64,000 nt of DNA, from IMG/VR virus record IMGVR_UViG_3300023174_003073, positions 64,001-128,000 of that record; one strand, given 5' to 3'. Shown piece by piece: positions 8,789-17,993 of this stretch; the stretch's first letter is position 1; every line of letters starts with the position of its first letter. Below the pieces are notes generated by a model. It was not told the origin of the DNA. It did no database searches and saw only the letters and a program-made list of their open reading frames with translations. The position numbers and the translations under genes were made by a program. This stretch comes from a virus.

Positions 8789-9254
8789 TTTTAGTATCCT
8801 TGGTTAATTCTGCTACAAACAAAAAATGTTCATAGGCTTTTCTAACTGATGGTACAGTTAATAATTTTTCTGCTTCTATTTGCATTGCCTTAACTGCTTC
8901 CTCACATGCTTCTCTAGCACTGGGCCATTGAAGTGCATGGGTTTCTTTACCGAATGCTTTACTCAATGCTTTCCAACAACGTATTTGTTCTGCTGTTAAT
9001 TTTATTTCTTTATTAGCAGGCCGCATATCAGTGGCTTTTCTAATTACCTCACTAATTGCATCTTCTGCTACACGTCCTGCCGCAATCATTGGGGCATATG
9101 CAGGGTTTACATTGTATCGTGTGCTTTGTCCACCTGGATAAACCTGTATTAGATGAGAACCCTTAGGTAAACTATTGGTAAATTTTTGGTCGTACTCGTA
9201 CACGGGTACGTATCTACGACCTACTTTCTTATAGAAAATTTCCTTTTCGCTCAT
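8772..9254 (-). CDS. Hypothetical protein
   Basis: Overlapping operon gene. Confidence 0.75.
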   Translation of the reverse strand: MSEKEIFYKKVGRRYVPVYEYDQKFTNSLPKGSHLIQVYPGGQSTRYNVNPAYAPMIAAGRVAEDAISEVIRKATDMRPANKEIKLTAEQIRCWKALSKAFGKETHALQWPSAREACEEAVKAMQIEAEKLLTVPSVRKAYEHFLFVAELTKDTKNESNS

Positions 9255-9454
9255 TGTAATCTAAATTTTTTCAAGTAATCTTTTGCAAAGTCCACATTCT
9301 CTGCATCATACACGGGTTTCTCTGGTTCGTCAAGTAAAATATCTAACCCATATTTTTCTTGATACAGTTCAACAAGACCGTCAATCAACATACCCAATGT
9401 TTGTTCATCAAGTTCATCAATGCCGGCTAAATTAATTCTAATTTTCTTATCCAT
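9251..9454 (-). CDS. Small acidic hypothetical protein
   Basis: Likely start MDKKIRI, overlapping the rnh stop. Confidence 0.55.
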   Translation of the reverse strand: MDKKIRINLAGIDELDEQTLGMLIDGLVELYQEKYGLDILLDEPEKPVYDAENVDFAKDYLKKFRLQ

Positions 9455-10448
9455 TGAGTACTCCTGTATAGGGATTGTTAAGCCAACGTGCGTAGGTGTC
9501 CGCTTGCTCTGAAATTTTTGTAAGCTCATACTTGCCACAGAATTTCATAAAGTGAATACCAACTTGCGGTATGGTAGTTGTACGAACACCATTACGAATA
9601 GATTCATCAACTAATTGTTTAATCTCATCAGGCTGTGCTGTTAAGTCAATTAACATTCTATTACGCTGATAACAATCACGTACAACCTGTTCTTCATTAT
9701 TATGGTCGGTCCAACGTTGCAACATGAAATTATTCCATTTAAAGCCCTGCTTGTCCCGATCCTCGTATGCCTCACGAATACCTACACGATTAGCAGAACC
9801 TTTCTCAGGGGCACGGGGATAGGCAGTGAACACATTGTCTCCTGCGTCACCCCGAATAATCTTCTTAAAAAGCAAGTACTGTGGATCCTCTAACAGTTTG
9901 GGCTGTTTAGTTTTCTTATCTAATATCGGCTTACCTGTGTCTTTAAGATATCCGTTGAGTGTGATAAGTTCATTTGCGACTCCATTGTACTGGAACACTT
10001 TATCAGTAATAAGCTGAACATAATCGGAATCAGTGCTAATAATATAATGCGTGTCATTTGGATGTAAGTGAATGAAACGGGCAATCAAGTCATCAGCCTC
10101 AGCCCGTTCGTGCCTGAGTACGCTAACGTTTGTTTTCTCTCTAATGTATGTGGTAAACTTTTCATAAGTATCCCAAAACATTTCTGATTCGGCTTTTTCT
10201 TCTTCTGTGACTGACATTGCATCAACCACACGATTCTTCTTATAAGGACCATACACGTCCTTACGCCAAGAGCGGCCCTCTAAGCAAAACACTACATGGT
10301 CAATTCCATAGCGTCTTACTGCTTGATTGACACTAGCAAGTGTCAAGTGAAGGGCCATGCCGATTTTTTCTTCTAGTGTAGTGTTGCGACTAGCCACATG
10401 CCTAGCACGAAAAAATGTATTTGCAGTATCGATGAGTGCGTATTTCAT
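9447..10448 (-). CDS. rnh: RNase H / 5'-3' flap exonuclease (T4 rnh-like)
   Basis: LIDT, SWRK..Y..YK.NR, EADDLIA, STDSDY, GDAGDNV motifs of the FEN/5'-nuclease family; start moved to MKYAL, after the promoter. Confidence 0.92.
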   Translation of the reverse strand: MKYALIDTANTFFRARHVASRNTTLEEKIGMALHLTLASVNQAVRRYGIDHVVFCLEGRSWRKDVYGPYKKNRVVDAMSVTEEEKAESEMFWDTYEKFTTYIREKTNVSVLRHERAEADDLIARFIHLHPNDTHYIISTDSDYVQLITDKVFQYNGVANELITLNGYLKDTGKPILDKKTKQPKLLEDPQYLLFKKIIRGDAGDNVFTAYPRAPEKGSANRVGIREAYEDRDKQGFKWNNFMLQRWTDHNNEEQVVRDCYQRNRMLIDLTAQPDEIKQLVDESIRNGVRTTTIPQVGIHFMKFCGKYELTKISEQADTYARWLNNPYTGVLNG

Positions 10449-10467
10449 AGAATCCAGTGTGTAAGTT

Positions 10468-10510
10468 GAGTAACATGTGTTATTATACACATGTTACTCT
10501 TTTCTGTCAA
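10468..10510 (-). promoter_or_regulatory. Sigma70 promoter with a 13-bp perfect inverted repeat around -10
   Basis: TTGACA-17-TATAAT; GAGTAACATGTGT / ACACATGTTACTC arms at 10468-10480 and 10487-10499. Confidence 0.85.
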
Positions 10511-10511
10511 G

Positions 10512-10934
10512 TTAAACGTCTTCCAAATACTTATCAGGGAAATTTAATATTCCTTCCATTACCGATTTAACATTGTATCGTGTAATGGGTAAGAACTTTT
10601 GTTTTAACCTTTTCATTTGAAGTGGGTGACTTTTAATTCTATCCTCTATGATATTTTTCACATATTCAAAATCTACATGTGTATATTTTGGATCAACATA
10701 CTCACTTGGTTTATGACTTCTGTTTGGGTTTTCTAAGAATTCAAATAATTGACGATTAAGATGATTCTCGCAATTTTTTGTATGCTCATCGTATCCTTCC
10801 ACTGAACGGTAGTAACAATGAATCATTGCCTCATTATTACCTTTAGTGTAGGATGTAATACGTGATGTAAGATTATTAGATATACCTGGTTTAACCTTAC
10901 CGTAAACTTCAGCAACATAAAGACCTAAACTCAT
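10512..10934 (-). CDS. GIY-YIG/T5orf172-like nuclease
   Basis: GLYV...KVKPGIS.N...RI..Y and CE..L pattern. Confidence 0.55.
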   Translation of the reverse strand: MSLGLYVAEVYGKVKPGISNNLTSRITSYTKGNNEAMIHCYYRSVEGYDEHTKNCENHLNRQLFEFLENPNRSHKPSEYVDPKYTHVDFEYVKNIIEDRIKSHPLQMKRLKQKFLPITRYNVKSVMEGILNFPDKYLEDV

Positions 10935-12127
10935 TTGAACAGCTCCTTTTTAGCAGGATCTAAATGATTGAACATTTGAGTTTTATTTTCACTATAGCGT
11001 GTAAGTAAATTATTTGGTACATATTGATATGTTCCACCTGCTTTTTTGTACAGTTGCATTAACAATACCAATGATGCATCTTTAGGAATACCTTCTGATG
11101 CCTCTCCTTTAACTTTTTTGTAGTATTTAGGATACACATGTTGGGTAAGATTCTTGAACTCGGGCCAACCACCGGCAACCTCTTTAACTAGTGCATTCAA
11201 ATCACGCATAAACTCTTTGAACTCAGGTGAGCTAAAATCGGCACCTTCTTTAAGAAGTCTCTTACGTAAGTCTTGAAACGGAAGCATTTCAATAGAATCA
11301 AGTGGTTCTTGAGGCCAGTAAGTCTGATGATTCTCACCAAAGAATTTAATATCTTCTACATCTAACTTATTAATTAAGTTAGCGTGAACAATCGAACCAG
11401 GCTTGAATCTATCTACACTTTCTGGATGAACAGGAGTCAAATCAAAAGACTTAAAAGCATCATGCTTTCTATGTGCCATTACGTACTTCTCTTGCTTGCT
11501 ACCATCTAACAGACTACCAAATACATGAATCTTGTATTTGTCAAAAGGAAGAATAGGAAGTTTATCTTCACCGTTAATACCCAAAAAATGTTCACGTGCA
11601 AAACTGAAATCATTAGTTTCAACAACTTGACAGTTGACTAATACGTTTTGCCAATCACTTGCATCAACATCATCAAACAATCCTAACATGGCACGAACAG
11701 CAATAGCTAATACAGTATGTTGACCGTCAGTGATATAATAAGTATTTGTTCCGGGCAAACGAATCACATTAATTGTTGCAGGGCGGCGAGAATCCCATGT
11801 AGTTACAATTCTAAACAAGTGTTCCCAATCAATTTTTCTCTGCACAGCAAGGGCAGTGAAAAGGTATATAATAGGAATTTGTTCAAGTGTGGGCATTTGT
11901 TTATATTTCTGAGGCTTGCCCTTGCACCCTTTTTGATACTCCTCTGTTTTTAAGAAATCCTTGAGTTCTTTGAAAAACTCACTTTTCTTAAAAGTAGTTA
12001 CTAGATTAGTAATACTGTTTTGCTCAATATAACCTGGTTTCTGATCCAATTCATTTTTTGGAAGATCCTGTTTGGTTACTTTTTTTGAGTTAGGTACCCA
12101 TGTAAATTTAAAACTAGACTTTGACAT
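10931..12127 (-). CDS. ParB/Srx-like (DGQH) domain protein
   Basis: VQR followed by YYITDGQHT, the DGQHR-like ParB/DndB signature. Confidence 0.65.
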   Translation of the reverse strand: MSKSSFKFTWVPNSKKVTKQDLPKNELDQKPGYIEQNSITNLVTTFKKSEFFKELKDFLKTEEYQKGCKGKPQKYKQMPTLEQIPIIYLFTALAVQRKIDWEHLFRIVTTWDSRRPATINVIRLPGTNTYYITDGQHTVLAIAVRAMLGLFDDVDASDWQNVLVNCQVVETNDFSFAREHFLGINGEDKLPILPFDKYKIHVFGSLLDGSKQEKYVMAHRKHDAFKSFDLTPVHPESVDRFKPGSIVHANLINKLDVEDIKFFGENHQTYWPQEPLDSIEMLPFQDLRKRLLKEGADFSSPEFKEFMRDLNALVKEVAGGWPEFKNLTQHVYPKYYKKVKGEASEGIPKDASLVLLMQLYKKAGGTYQYVPNNLLTRYSENKTQMFNHLDPAKKELFK

Positions 12128-12183
12128 TTTTTTCTCCTTTAAGTTAATGTCTGTGCAACGAATATTATTCAGCGCACAAGTGA

Positions 12184-12212
12184 ATTATACTATAAGAATT
12201 GTTAAATGTCAA
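12184..12212 (-). promoter_or_regulatory. Sigma70 promoter for the ParB-like/GIY-YIG pair
   Basis: TTGACA-17-TATAAT. Confidence 0.8.
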
Positions 12213-12631
12213 CTAACTTCTGTACGCCCGTTACCCAAATCACGTGTTTTTATTTCCCGCAAGTCTCTATTTGTAGGATCTGCTTGTGCTTGTTCATACA
12301 CTTCCAAAGCAATATTGCGACAAACTGTCTGAAACCACCTATCGATTATCATATTGTCTGTATCATCGTCACGCATTTTATAACCTGCACGAATCAAATT
12401 GAGAATGAATTTGTCATTCCAATCTAATTCAAATGCACCTGCGTTAATGTTGTCAGGATCAATCTCCATGCTGAGAATGTTAACATAGGGCTCGCCTGCC
12501 TGAGTTGCTTTTTCTTTAGCAGATAATTCTATTGAAGGTTTTTCTACTTTAGGCTTGCGAGGTTTCTTTTCCTTAACGGGTTCTGCAACCTTTTCTACTG
12601 GCTTCTTTTTAAATCTGTCAAATAATCCCAT
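12209..12631 (-). CDS. Conserved phage hypothetical protein
   Basis: FELDWN motif; start MGLFDRF. Confidence 0.7.
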   Translation of the reverse strand: MGLFDRFKKKPVEKVAEPVKEKKPRKPKVEKPSIELSAKEKATQAGEPYVNILSMEIDPDNINAGAFELDWNDKFILNLIRAGYKMRDDDTDNMIIDRWFQTVCRNIALEVYEQAQADPTNRDLREIKTRDLGNGRTEVS

Positions 12632-13637
12632 TTTGTTTTGCTCTTTCGTATAATTTAAAGCTGGCAAGATTCTTTGCCTTTGACTCGCACATTATATCAA
12701 AGTTATTACAGAATGTCAATGCCCAGTCGTTGACTGCCTCGTTCCAATAGTATTCACTATGGGCACGTAGTTTTTGTTTGTTATGTCCGGCAGCTATCAA
12801 CGCACCATGATCGGGTGCGATGTGTCTGTCATGGTCGATAAGTATATCTTCCCGAGATACGGAATAGTGCATAGTAGGACGCACGCCATTCCAACTATCA
12901 ATAACCTTTTTAACCATGTCGTTATCGTGTTCAATATATTCTCCAGTTTTAATCCAATGATGATGAATGTCCATAACAATTGGCAATAAGTCAGCCAATT
13001 CTAAACAGTCATCTAAACCCCAACTAATTTCTTCGTTTTCGATAGTAATACAATTACGTGCTTCTGGCGAGAGTTTGGTATAGGCTTTACGAATACCTTC
13101 AGGACCTTGTCGTCCACTGATATGTACATTGATTTTGAAATCTTGAAATGTTTTGCCATAGCCCATAAATCTTGCCATATCTGCATGATACTCAAACTCC
13201 CTAATACTGTTAGCTACTACTTCTTCCCTGTCACTTGCTAGAACAACGAATTGGTCTGGGTGAAAACTAAGACGAACATTATTCTGTCGTGCAGTCTCAC
13301 CTAAAGGCGCAAACTGTTCGCTTAGAAATTTCTGATTGTCATACGAATGCCAGAAGTCAAGAAATTCGGGGTGAGTATAAAAACTAAGCATATCGCTAGT
13401 TAGTCGTAACATACGCAAACTTGGGTCAAGTGTGCTAACTCGTTTGATGAGATTATGGGTATTAGTGATATTGCGTTTAGCAACCTCTAATATCTTATCT
13501 TCTGCAACACTCCGAGTTTGGCGCTTTGCCCATGCAAGTGTAGTACCACCTGTATTTAGCCCTTCGACACTTGCAATCTCACCCTTCTTGTTAATCTCGG
13601 CAAATTTGCAAGCAAAACCAATGCGTTTAATAGTCAT
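12618..13637 (-). CDS. uvsE: UV-damage endonuclease
   Basis: RIGFAC, RLSFHPDQF, IENEE, DIHHHW, HYS, AHS and MCESKAK motifs; promoter TTGACA-17-TATACT at 13667-13695. Confidence 0.95.
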   Translation of the reverse strand: MTIKRIGFACKFAEINKKGEIASVEGLNTGGTTLAWAKRQTRSVAEDKILEVAKRNITNTHNLIKRVSTLDPSLRMLRLTSDMLSFYTHPEFLDFWHSYDNQKFLSEQFAPLGETARQNNVRLSFHPDQFVVLASDREEVVANSIREFEYHADMARFMGYGKTFQDFKINVHISGRQGPEGIRKAYTKLSPEARNCITIENEEISWGLDDCLELADLLPIVMDIHHHWIKTGEYIEHDNDMVKKVIDSWNGVRPTMHYSVSREDILIDHDRHIAPDHGALIAAGHNKQKLRAHSEYYWNEAVNDWALTFCNNFDIMCESKAKNLASFKLYERAKQNGII

Positions 13638-13675
13638 ATATATTGTGTAAAGTGTATAAAGTCTTAAGTATATCA

Positions 13676-14509
13676 CTACACATATTTAGTGTCAACCGTC
13701 AATAATTCCTCTATTGTATAGAGTTTTTTCATGTATTTTGAAGGATTTGCTAAAACTGATACTTCTATATCACCTTTACGCCTAGGACCGTATAAAGTGA
13801 AGAATTTCACTTTATTTACGGTTTCAAAGATATGGGTCATTTCTTTGACACTATACCCGATACCATGACCCAAATTCTCTAAGTTGTTACTGGGTTCTTT
13901 AATAGCCAATTTAATTGCATGACAAATCTCATTCACGTGAACATAGTCACGAATACAAGTTCCGTCTAATGTGTTATAATCTGTACCAAAAATAGTGAAG
14001 TCACCTTTAACATGGGCTTGCATTAGATTATACATCAATCCATCAGGGTTGGTTGGGTTGAATCCATCACTACCGATAACGTTGTAGAATCTAAAGGTTG
14101 TAAATGGAACTTTGTTAACTTCACAAAATTCACGCACACAATCTTCTGTTGCCCGTTTACTGACACCGTAAGCACTTTCACACTTTTCGGCTGCACCTGT
14201 GCTAGCAAAGATAAAGTTCTTTGTCTTAATATTTTGTAGAATATTCAATGTACCAAACAGATTGGTCATGTAATAGTCTGTGGGTTCACGCTCACTTTCG
14301 CCTACATTAACTAATGCGGCTAAGTGAATGATGGCATCAAACTCTTCCTTGATTTTAAGTTGGCTTTTTATATCAAGTTTATATTGTTTCTTTACAATAA
14401 ATTGCGGGTCTACAATATCTAGCCCATAGACTTCGTATTCATCATTAAGCAATTTACTAAGATGACTACCAATATAGCCCGAGTTACCTGTGATTAAAAC
14501 TTTTTTCAT
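13676..14509 (-). CDS. galE: NAD-dependent nucleotide-sugar epimerase (UDP-glucose 4-epimerase-like)
   Basis: TGNSGYIGSH, HLAA, YGVSK, FRFYNV, DGTCIRDYVHV. Confidence 0.9.
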   Translation of the reverse strand: MKKVLITGNSGYIGSHLSKLLNDEYEVYGLDIVDPQFIVKKQYKLDIKSQLKIKEEFDAIIHLAALVNVGESEREPTDYYMTNLFGTLNILQNIKTKNFIFASTGAAEKCESAYGVSKRATEDCVREFCEVNKVPFTTFRFYNVIGSDGFNPTNPDGLMYNLMQAHVKGDFTIFGTDYNTLDGTCIRDYVHVNEICHAIKLAIKEPSNNLENLGHGIGYSVKEMTHIFETVNKVKFFTLYGPRRKGDIEVSVLANPSKYMKKLYTIEELLTVDTKYV

Positions 14510-15870
14510 TCAAAACTAAACAGATTTGCACCTGTTTCTTCCTCTGTTGGTTCGTAACTAGGATCCTTAGTTAAGTAAGTTTCCGTGTCTGTGTAGATTG
14601 TACGATATTTGTGTTTATTAGTCAATACACTACGTGCATCATCAATACAAATTGCTGGTTTTCTATTCAAGCCTTCTATATATTTGCTGTATTTAATTGT
14701 TGTATTCTCTAATATTTTAGCTGTGTTACTGTTAGATTGTTTTGGTTTGAATTCATTGAAACAACTATTCCATTTATGAAACACTCCTTCTTCTAAGTTT
14801 CTTACATCTTGTAATGCACTTTTGTCATACCAAGATTTAGCAGTTGGATATGCATGATACGCATCCTTAACATCTTCTGCCATTTCTTTTTTATTAGTTA
14901 CAAAGAAAAACTTACCTTTAAAGTTATTAGTCCAACGTTGATTTTCTAAACAGAATGTAGGTAATTGTGTAATCTGTTCATAGAATGCCATACCATAGCT
15001 CTCAACTGTACTTGGATTAAATGCAACTCTAGCACTAGTTATAAAGTCAACTTTCTCTTGACCAATAATACCTACACGAATTTCATAGGGAACACCGATA
15101 GTTTTTAATCGTTCTTCAAACTTCTTAGCGCCGTTTGTACTAGTCATTACCTTAGCAGGCAGTTTAGTTTGTTCAATTAGTTCTAAGAATAATTCAGGAT
15201 TCTTACCTTCTTCCCAACGCCCAACAAACAATATACCTTCACGTGGTTTATGATGTTCTTCTAATAACGCCTGTTCTGTAATTGGAATAGGAAGATGATA
15301 CGCGGTACCATTGACATTCATTAGATTAAAAAGACTTTGTGTACCAACGAAAACATTGTCTGTTTCTAATTGTTGACGCATCAATACATTAGTATTGTGT
15401 AGAAATGGATTCTTTGTATCCTTAAAAAGTTGACTTTCTAAATGTGTGTACGCAATGATTTGGATACAGTCTTCTAAACCCATCGTGCTTGCTACTTGTA
15501 CCGTCTCGTATGTGTTACAAACGAATGCATCATATAAGTTATGTTCAAGTGCTTCAATAATGGCATTACGAAAGTTAGCCATACGCTCGTAACAAAACGT
15601 ATCACCATACATAAAGATATTACTATGTGTTGTGTATGATAGAGGATTATTAGGAGTAATGACTGTAGGTGGTTGAAACTTACCTAGACCTAGCTCGTTG
15701 ATAAAGTCTTGATTCTCTGGATTTAATTTTTTGTCAGTAATAATATCAACTTTGATATTATGTTGATCCATTAGTTCAATAAAACTCTTTGCAAATTGTC
15801 CTATGCCACCGTGGGGTATAAGTGTTTGATAACTAACTAAAAAGCCAATTCGTTTATCATATGTCCGCAT
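14506..15870 (-). CDS. GT-B glycosyltransferase (GT4-like)
   Basis: PHGGIG, LFVGRWEEGKN, PSTVESYGMAFYE (EX7E motif). Confidence 0.88.
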   Translation of the reverse strand: MRTYDKRIGFLVSYQTLIPHGGIGQFAKSFIELMDQHNIKVDIITDKKLNPENQDFINELGLGKFQPPTVITPNNPLSYTTHSNIFMYGDTFCYERMANFRNAIIEALEHNLYDAFVCNTYETVQVASTMGLEDCIQIIAYTHLESQLFKDTKNPFLHNTNVLMRQQLETDNVFVGTQSLFNLMNVNGTAYHLPIPITEQALLEEHHKPREGILFVGRWEEGKNPELFLELIEQTKLPAKVMTSTNGAKKFEERLKTIGVPYEIRVGIIGQEKVDFITSARVAFNPSTVESYGMAFYEQITQLPTFCLENQRWTNNFKGKFFFVTNKKEMAEDVKDAYHAYPTAKSWYDKSALQDVRNLEEGVFHKWNSCFNEFKPKQSNSNTAKILENTTIKYSKYIEGLNRKPAICIDDARSVLTNKHKYRTIYTDTETYLTKDPSYEPTEEETGANLFSFE

Positions 15871-16060
15871 TCCATACCTCATCTATTTCGGGTACTGTAA
15901 CCCAATCTGTCATCTCAGTAGTCTTAAGAAAAGTACCATTACTATCTTTTCTACTATAGTCTATTATATCAAGTTTCTGTCTATATTGCAATACTTTTTC
16001 GGGCCCGTCCCACCCAGCTTGTATCAACCAACGTAGTTCAATCATCTTTGTAGTTCCCAA
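15857..16060 (-). CDS. Small hypothetical protein
   Basis: ELRW...VLQYR...DWVTVP phage small-protein pattern. Confidence 0.6.
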   Translation of the reverse strand: MGTTKMIELRWLIQAGWDGPEKVLQYRQKLDIIDYSRKDSNGTFLKTTEMTDWVTVPEIDEVWNADI

Positions 16061-16323
16061 ATAATATGTTCATGTTTATCATGCCATCCATATTCAGTTG
16101 TAGTAACATTATCATAAAACCCATATATTGCTGTTCCCTTATATGCATTCTTTAACCAAATAATTTTTTTAGTAAGCATACAACGGTGTGGCAACCATGC
16201 AAAATCTTTTGTCCATGTTGCTGTTTTGTGAAACATCCAATCAGCTTCAGTTGATGATTTAGGTTTATATCCTAACTTCATTCTATAGTCATTGTAATTA
16301 TTACCGAACACTACGTACCCCAT
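16042..16323 (-). CDS. Small hypothetical protein
   Basis: FAWLPHRC..IWL..AY pattern. Confidence 0.6.
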   Translation of the reverse strand: MGYVVFGNNYNDYRMKLGYKPKSSTEADWMFHKTATWTKDFAWLPHRCMLTKKIIWLKNAYKGTAIYGFYDNVTTTEYGWHDKHEHIIWELQR

Positions 16324-17153
16324 TCGTTCTTAAAAAGAGGTACTTGAAGTCTGTCACTATAACGCCAACCTTTTTGCATTGCCAATTCTGCTACGTTTCT
16401 GTTGTTAAGATTATAAAGTTCAGGAACACCACCGCAAGGCATAAGATACACAGGACCTTTAAAGCCTTTCTTACGATATTCATTTACTGCTTGCTCCGCT
16501 TCTTCTGCATCTTCTTTTGTTGCTATTACAAATTTCAAGTAAGTATAACCTACATTGTAGTATTGTGTAATAACATCGGGCTTGATAGCATCTTCCCAAC
16601 TCTCACCGCTGATACTTAGTTTAGGACTTACGCTGAATGTAAGACAATGCAAGAAACGATGCTTCTTCCAATCAGCTAAGAAGTTAACTAACTCTGATTC
16701 TAACAATTGTGTACCATTAGTTTCAAAAGTCAGTTCTTGTAATCCACGCATATTATCATGTGATAACAATTCGGGATAACTACGTTGCCAACCTAGTAGC
16801 GGCTCACCACCCGTGATAACCAAATGCTCATCTTTCCAACGCTTCGCAGGAAGTAAATCGGTAATAGTATCAACAATAGTATTGGTGTCGAGAACAGGAC
16901 TAAGATGTTTGAAGCGTGGATCCCAACTCGCATAGCTATCGCATCCAGTAGATACAAGTGGTAATAGTTTATAAGATTTAAACTTCTCTCCGTCAACTGC
17001 AAAACGTTCAACACTTTTATCTCCTTTAGGCATTCCAAAGCCATCACATTTAAAATTACAACCGAATGTGCGTAAGAACACGGATGGCACACCTAAGTAA
17101 CGACCTTCGCCTTGAATACTATAAAATAATTCTGATATTTTTAATTTACTCAT
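16311..17153 (-). CDS. queE: 7-carboxy-7-deazaguanine synthase (radical SAM)
   Basis: ELFYSIQGEG, VFLR..GC, ITGGEP, ETNG, SVSPK, R.Q..L C-terminus; Cys motif Cx3Cx34C. Confidence 0.92.
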   Translation of the reverse strand: MSKLKISELFYSIQGEGRYLGVPSVFLRTFGCNFKCDGFGMPKGDKSVERFAVDGEKFKSYKLLPLVSTGCDSYASWDPRFKHLSPVLDTNTIVDTITDLLPAKRWKDEHLVITGGEPLLGWQRSYPELLSHDNMRGLQELTFETNGTQLLESELVNFLADWKKHRFLHCLTFSVSPKLSISGESWEDAIKPDVITQYYNVGYTYLKFVIATKEDAEEAEQAVNEYRKKGFKGPVYLMPCGGVPELYNLNNRNVAELAMQKGWRYSDRLQVPLFKNEWGT

Positions 17154-17347
17154 TCTTTAACTTTCTGTGGATAATAATATGTACAATCACTACGGCGTAT
17201 GTCCCAACTGCTACCTAGACCGCCTAGATGATGTAACGTCCATCTAGCACGGTCATGTGCTTCTGGTACAGCCATTGGCCAGGGAGTATTGTTGCGGCAC
17301 TGAATGTACTGCTTGAGATAAACATAACTTTGTTCACGTGCCCACAT
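17150..17347 (-). CDS. Small hypothetical protein between queD and queE
   Basis: ATGA overlap with queE; fills the gap. Confidence 0.45.
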   Translation of the reverse strand: MWAREQSYVYLKQYIQCRNNTPWPMAVPEAHDRARWTLHHLGGLGSSWDIRRSDCTYYYPQKVKE

Positions 17348-17355
17348 TATAGACC

Positions 17356-17919
17356 TTATGCAAATAAATCTTCATTCCATTCACGATGACCTTCACGGAA
17401 TGCCATGTTTGCTTGTGTCTCACGTACTTCAACACGATAGCACCATAGACGTTCTGCTTCACCGTTACCCCACATATCTGGAATATACACTCCATTGACA
17501 TATTTGTAAAGCATATCGGCTAAACTCTCACAACCAATTCTTGGGAGAATAGTTAACTTAGCTAATTTCTTTTCTTGCAACATTTTGAATGTTTCAAGTT
17601 CTGGGTCATCTTGTGCTACCAATAGTGTATGGTCAAATTGATCCTCAAGAATCTTCTTTAACTCTTTTAGTCCACCATAGTCAGCCGCCCAGTTACGAAC
17701 ATCTAAATCGTCAGTACCAAAATAAAATTTCATACTGAAACTATAACCATGAATCATATTGCAATGACTGTCTGCACGCCATTGACGATATGCACACGGG
17801 AATGCATCGTGATATTCCTTAGTACTTGTGAATTTATATTGTCTTGCTGAATTCCAACGATGTGTTGTAAAGTTTTCTTCTAAGTGACGAATTAAGTCAC
17901 CGGTTGATGAGTTTGCCAT
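17356..17919 (-). CDS. queD: 6-carboxy-tetrahydropterin synthase (QueD/PTPS T-fold)
   Basis: HCNMIHGY, D.GGLK, FDH.LL, GCESLA, VRET motifs; AGGAG SD. Confidence 0.88.
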   Translation of the reverse strand: MANSSTGDLIRHLEENFTTHRWNSARQYKFTSTKEYHDAFPCAYRQWRADSHCNMIHGYSFSMKFYFGTDDLDVRNWAADYGGLKELKKILEDQFDHTLLVAQDDPELETFKMLQEKKLAKLTILPRIGCESLADMLYKYVNGVYIPDMWGNGEAERLWCYRVEVRETQANMAFREGHREWNEDLFA

Positions 17920-17925
17920 TATTTT

Positions 17926-17990
17926 CTCCTATGTTAATTATAGCATAGGCAGCAGAATTTGTAAAGCGGGATGATGTCCAGAGACCGCTA
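17926..17990 (-). promoter_or_regulatory. queD leader: candidate preQ1-I-like aptamer, SD-sequestering hairpin and overlapping sigma70 promoter
   Basis: AGCGG-(15 nt ending CAUC)-CCGCU stem, UUACAAA tail, CCUAUG/CAUAGG hairpin covering AGG of the SD; same DNA reads TTTACA-17-TATAAT with TGn extended -10. Confidence 0.5.
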
Positions 17991-17993
17991 TCT

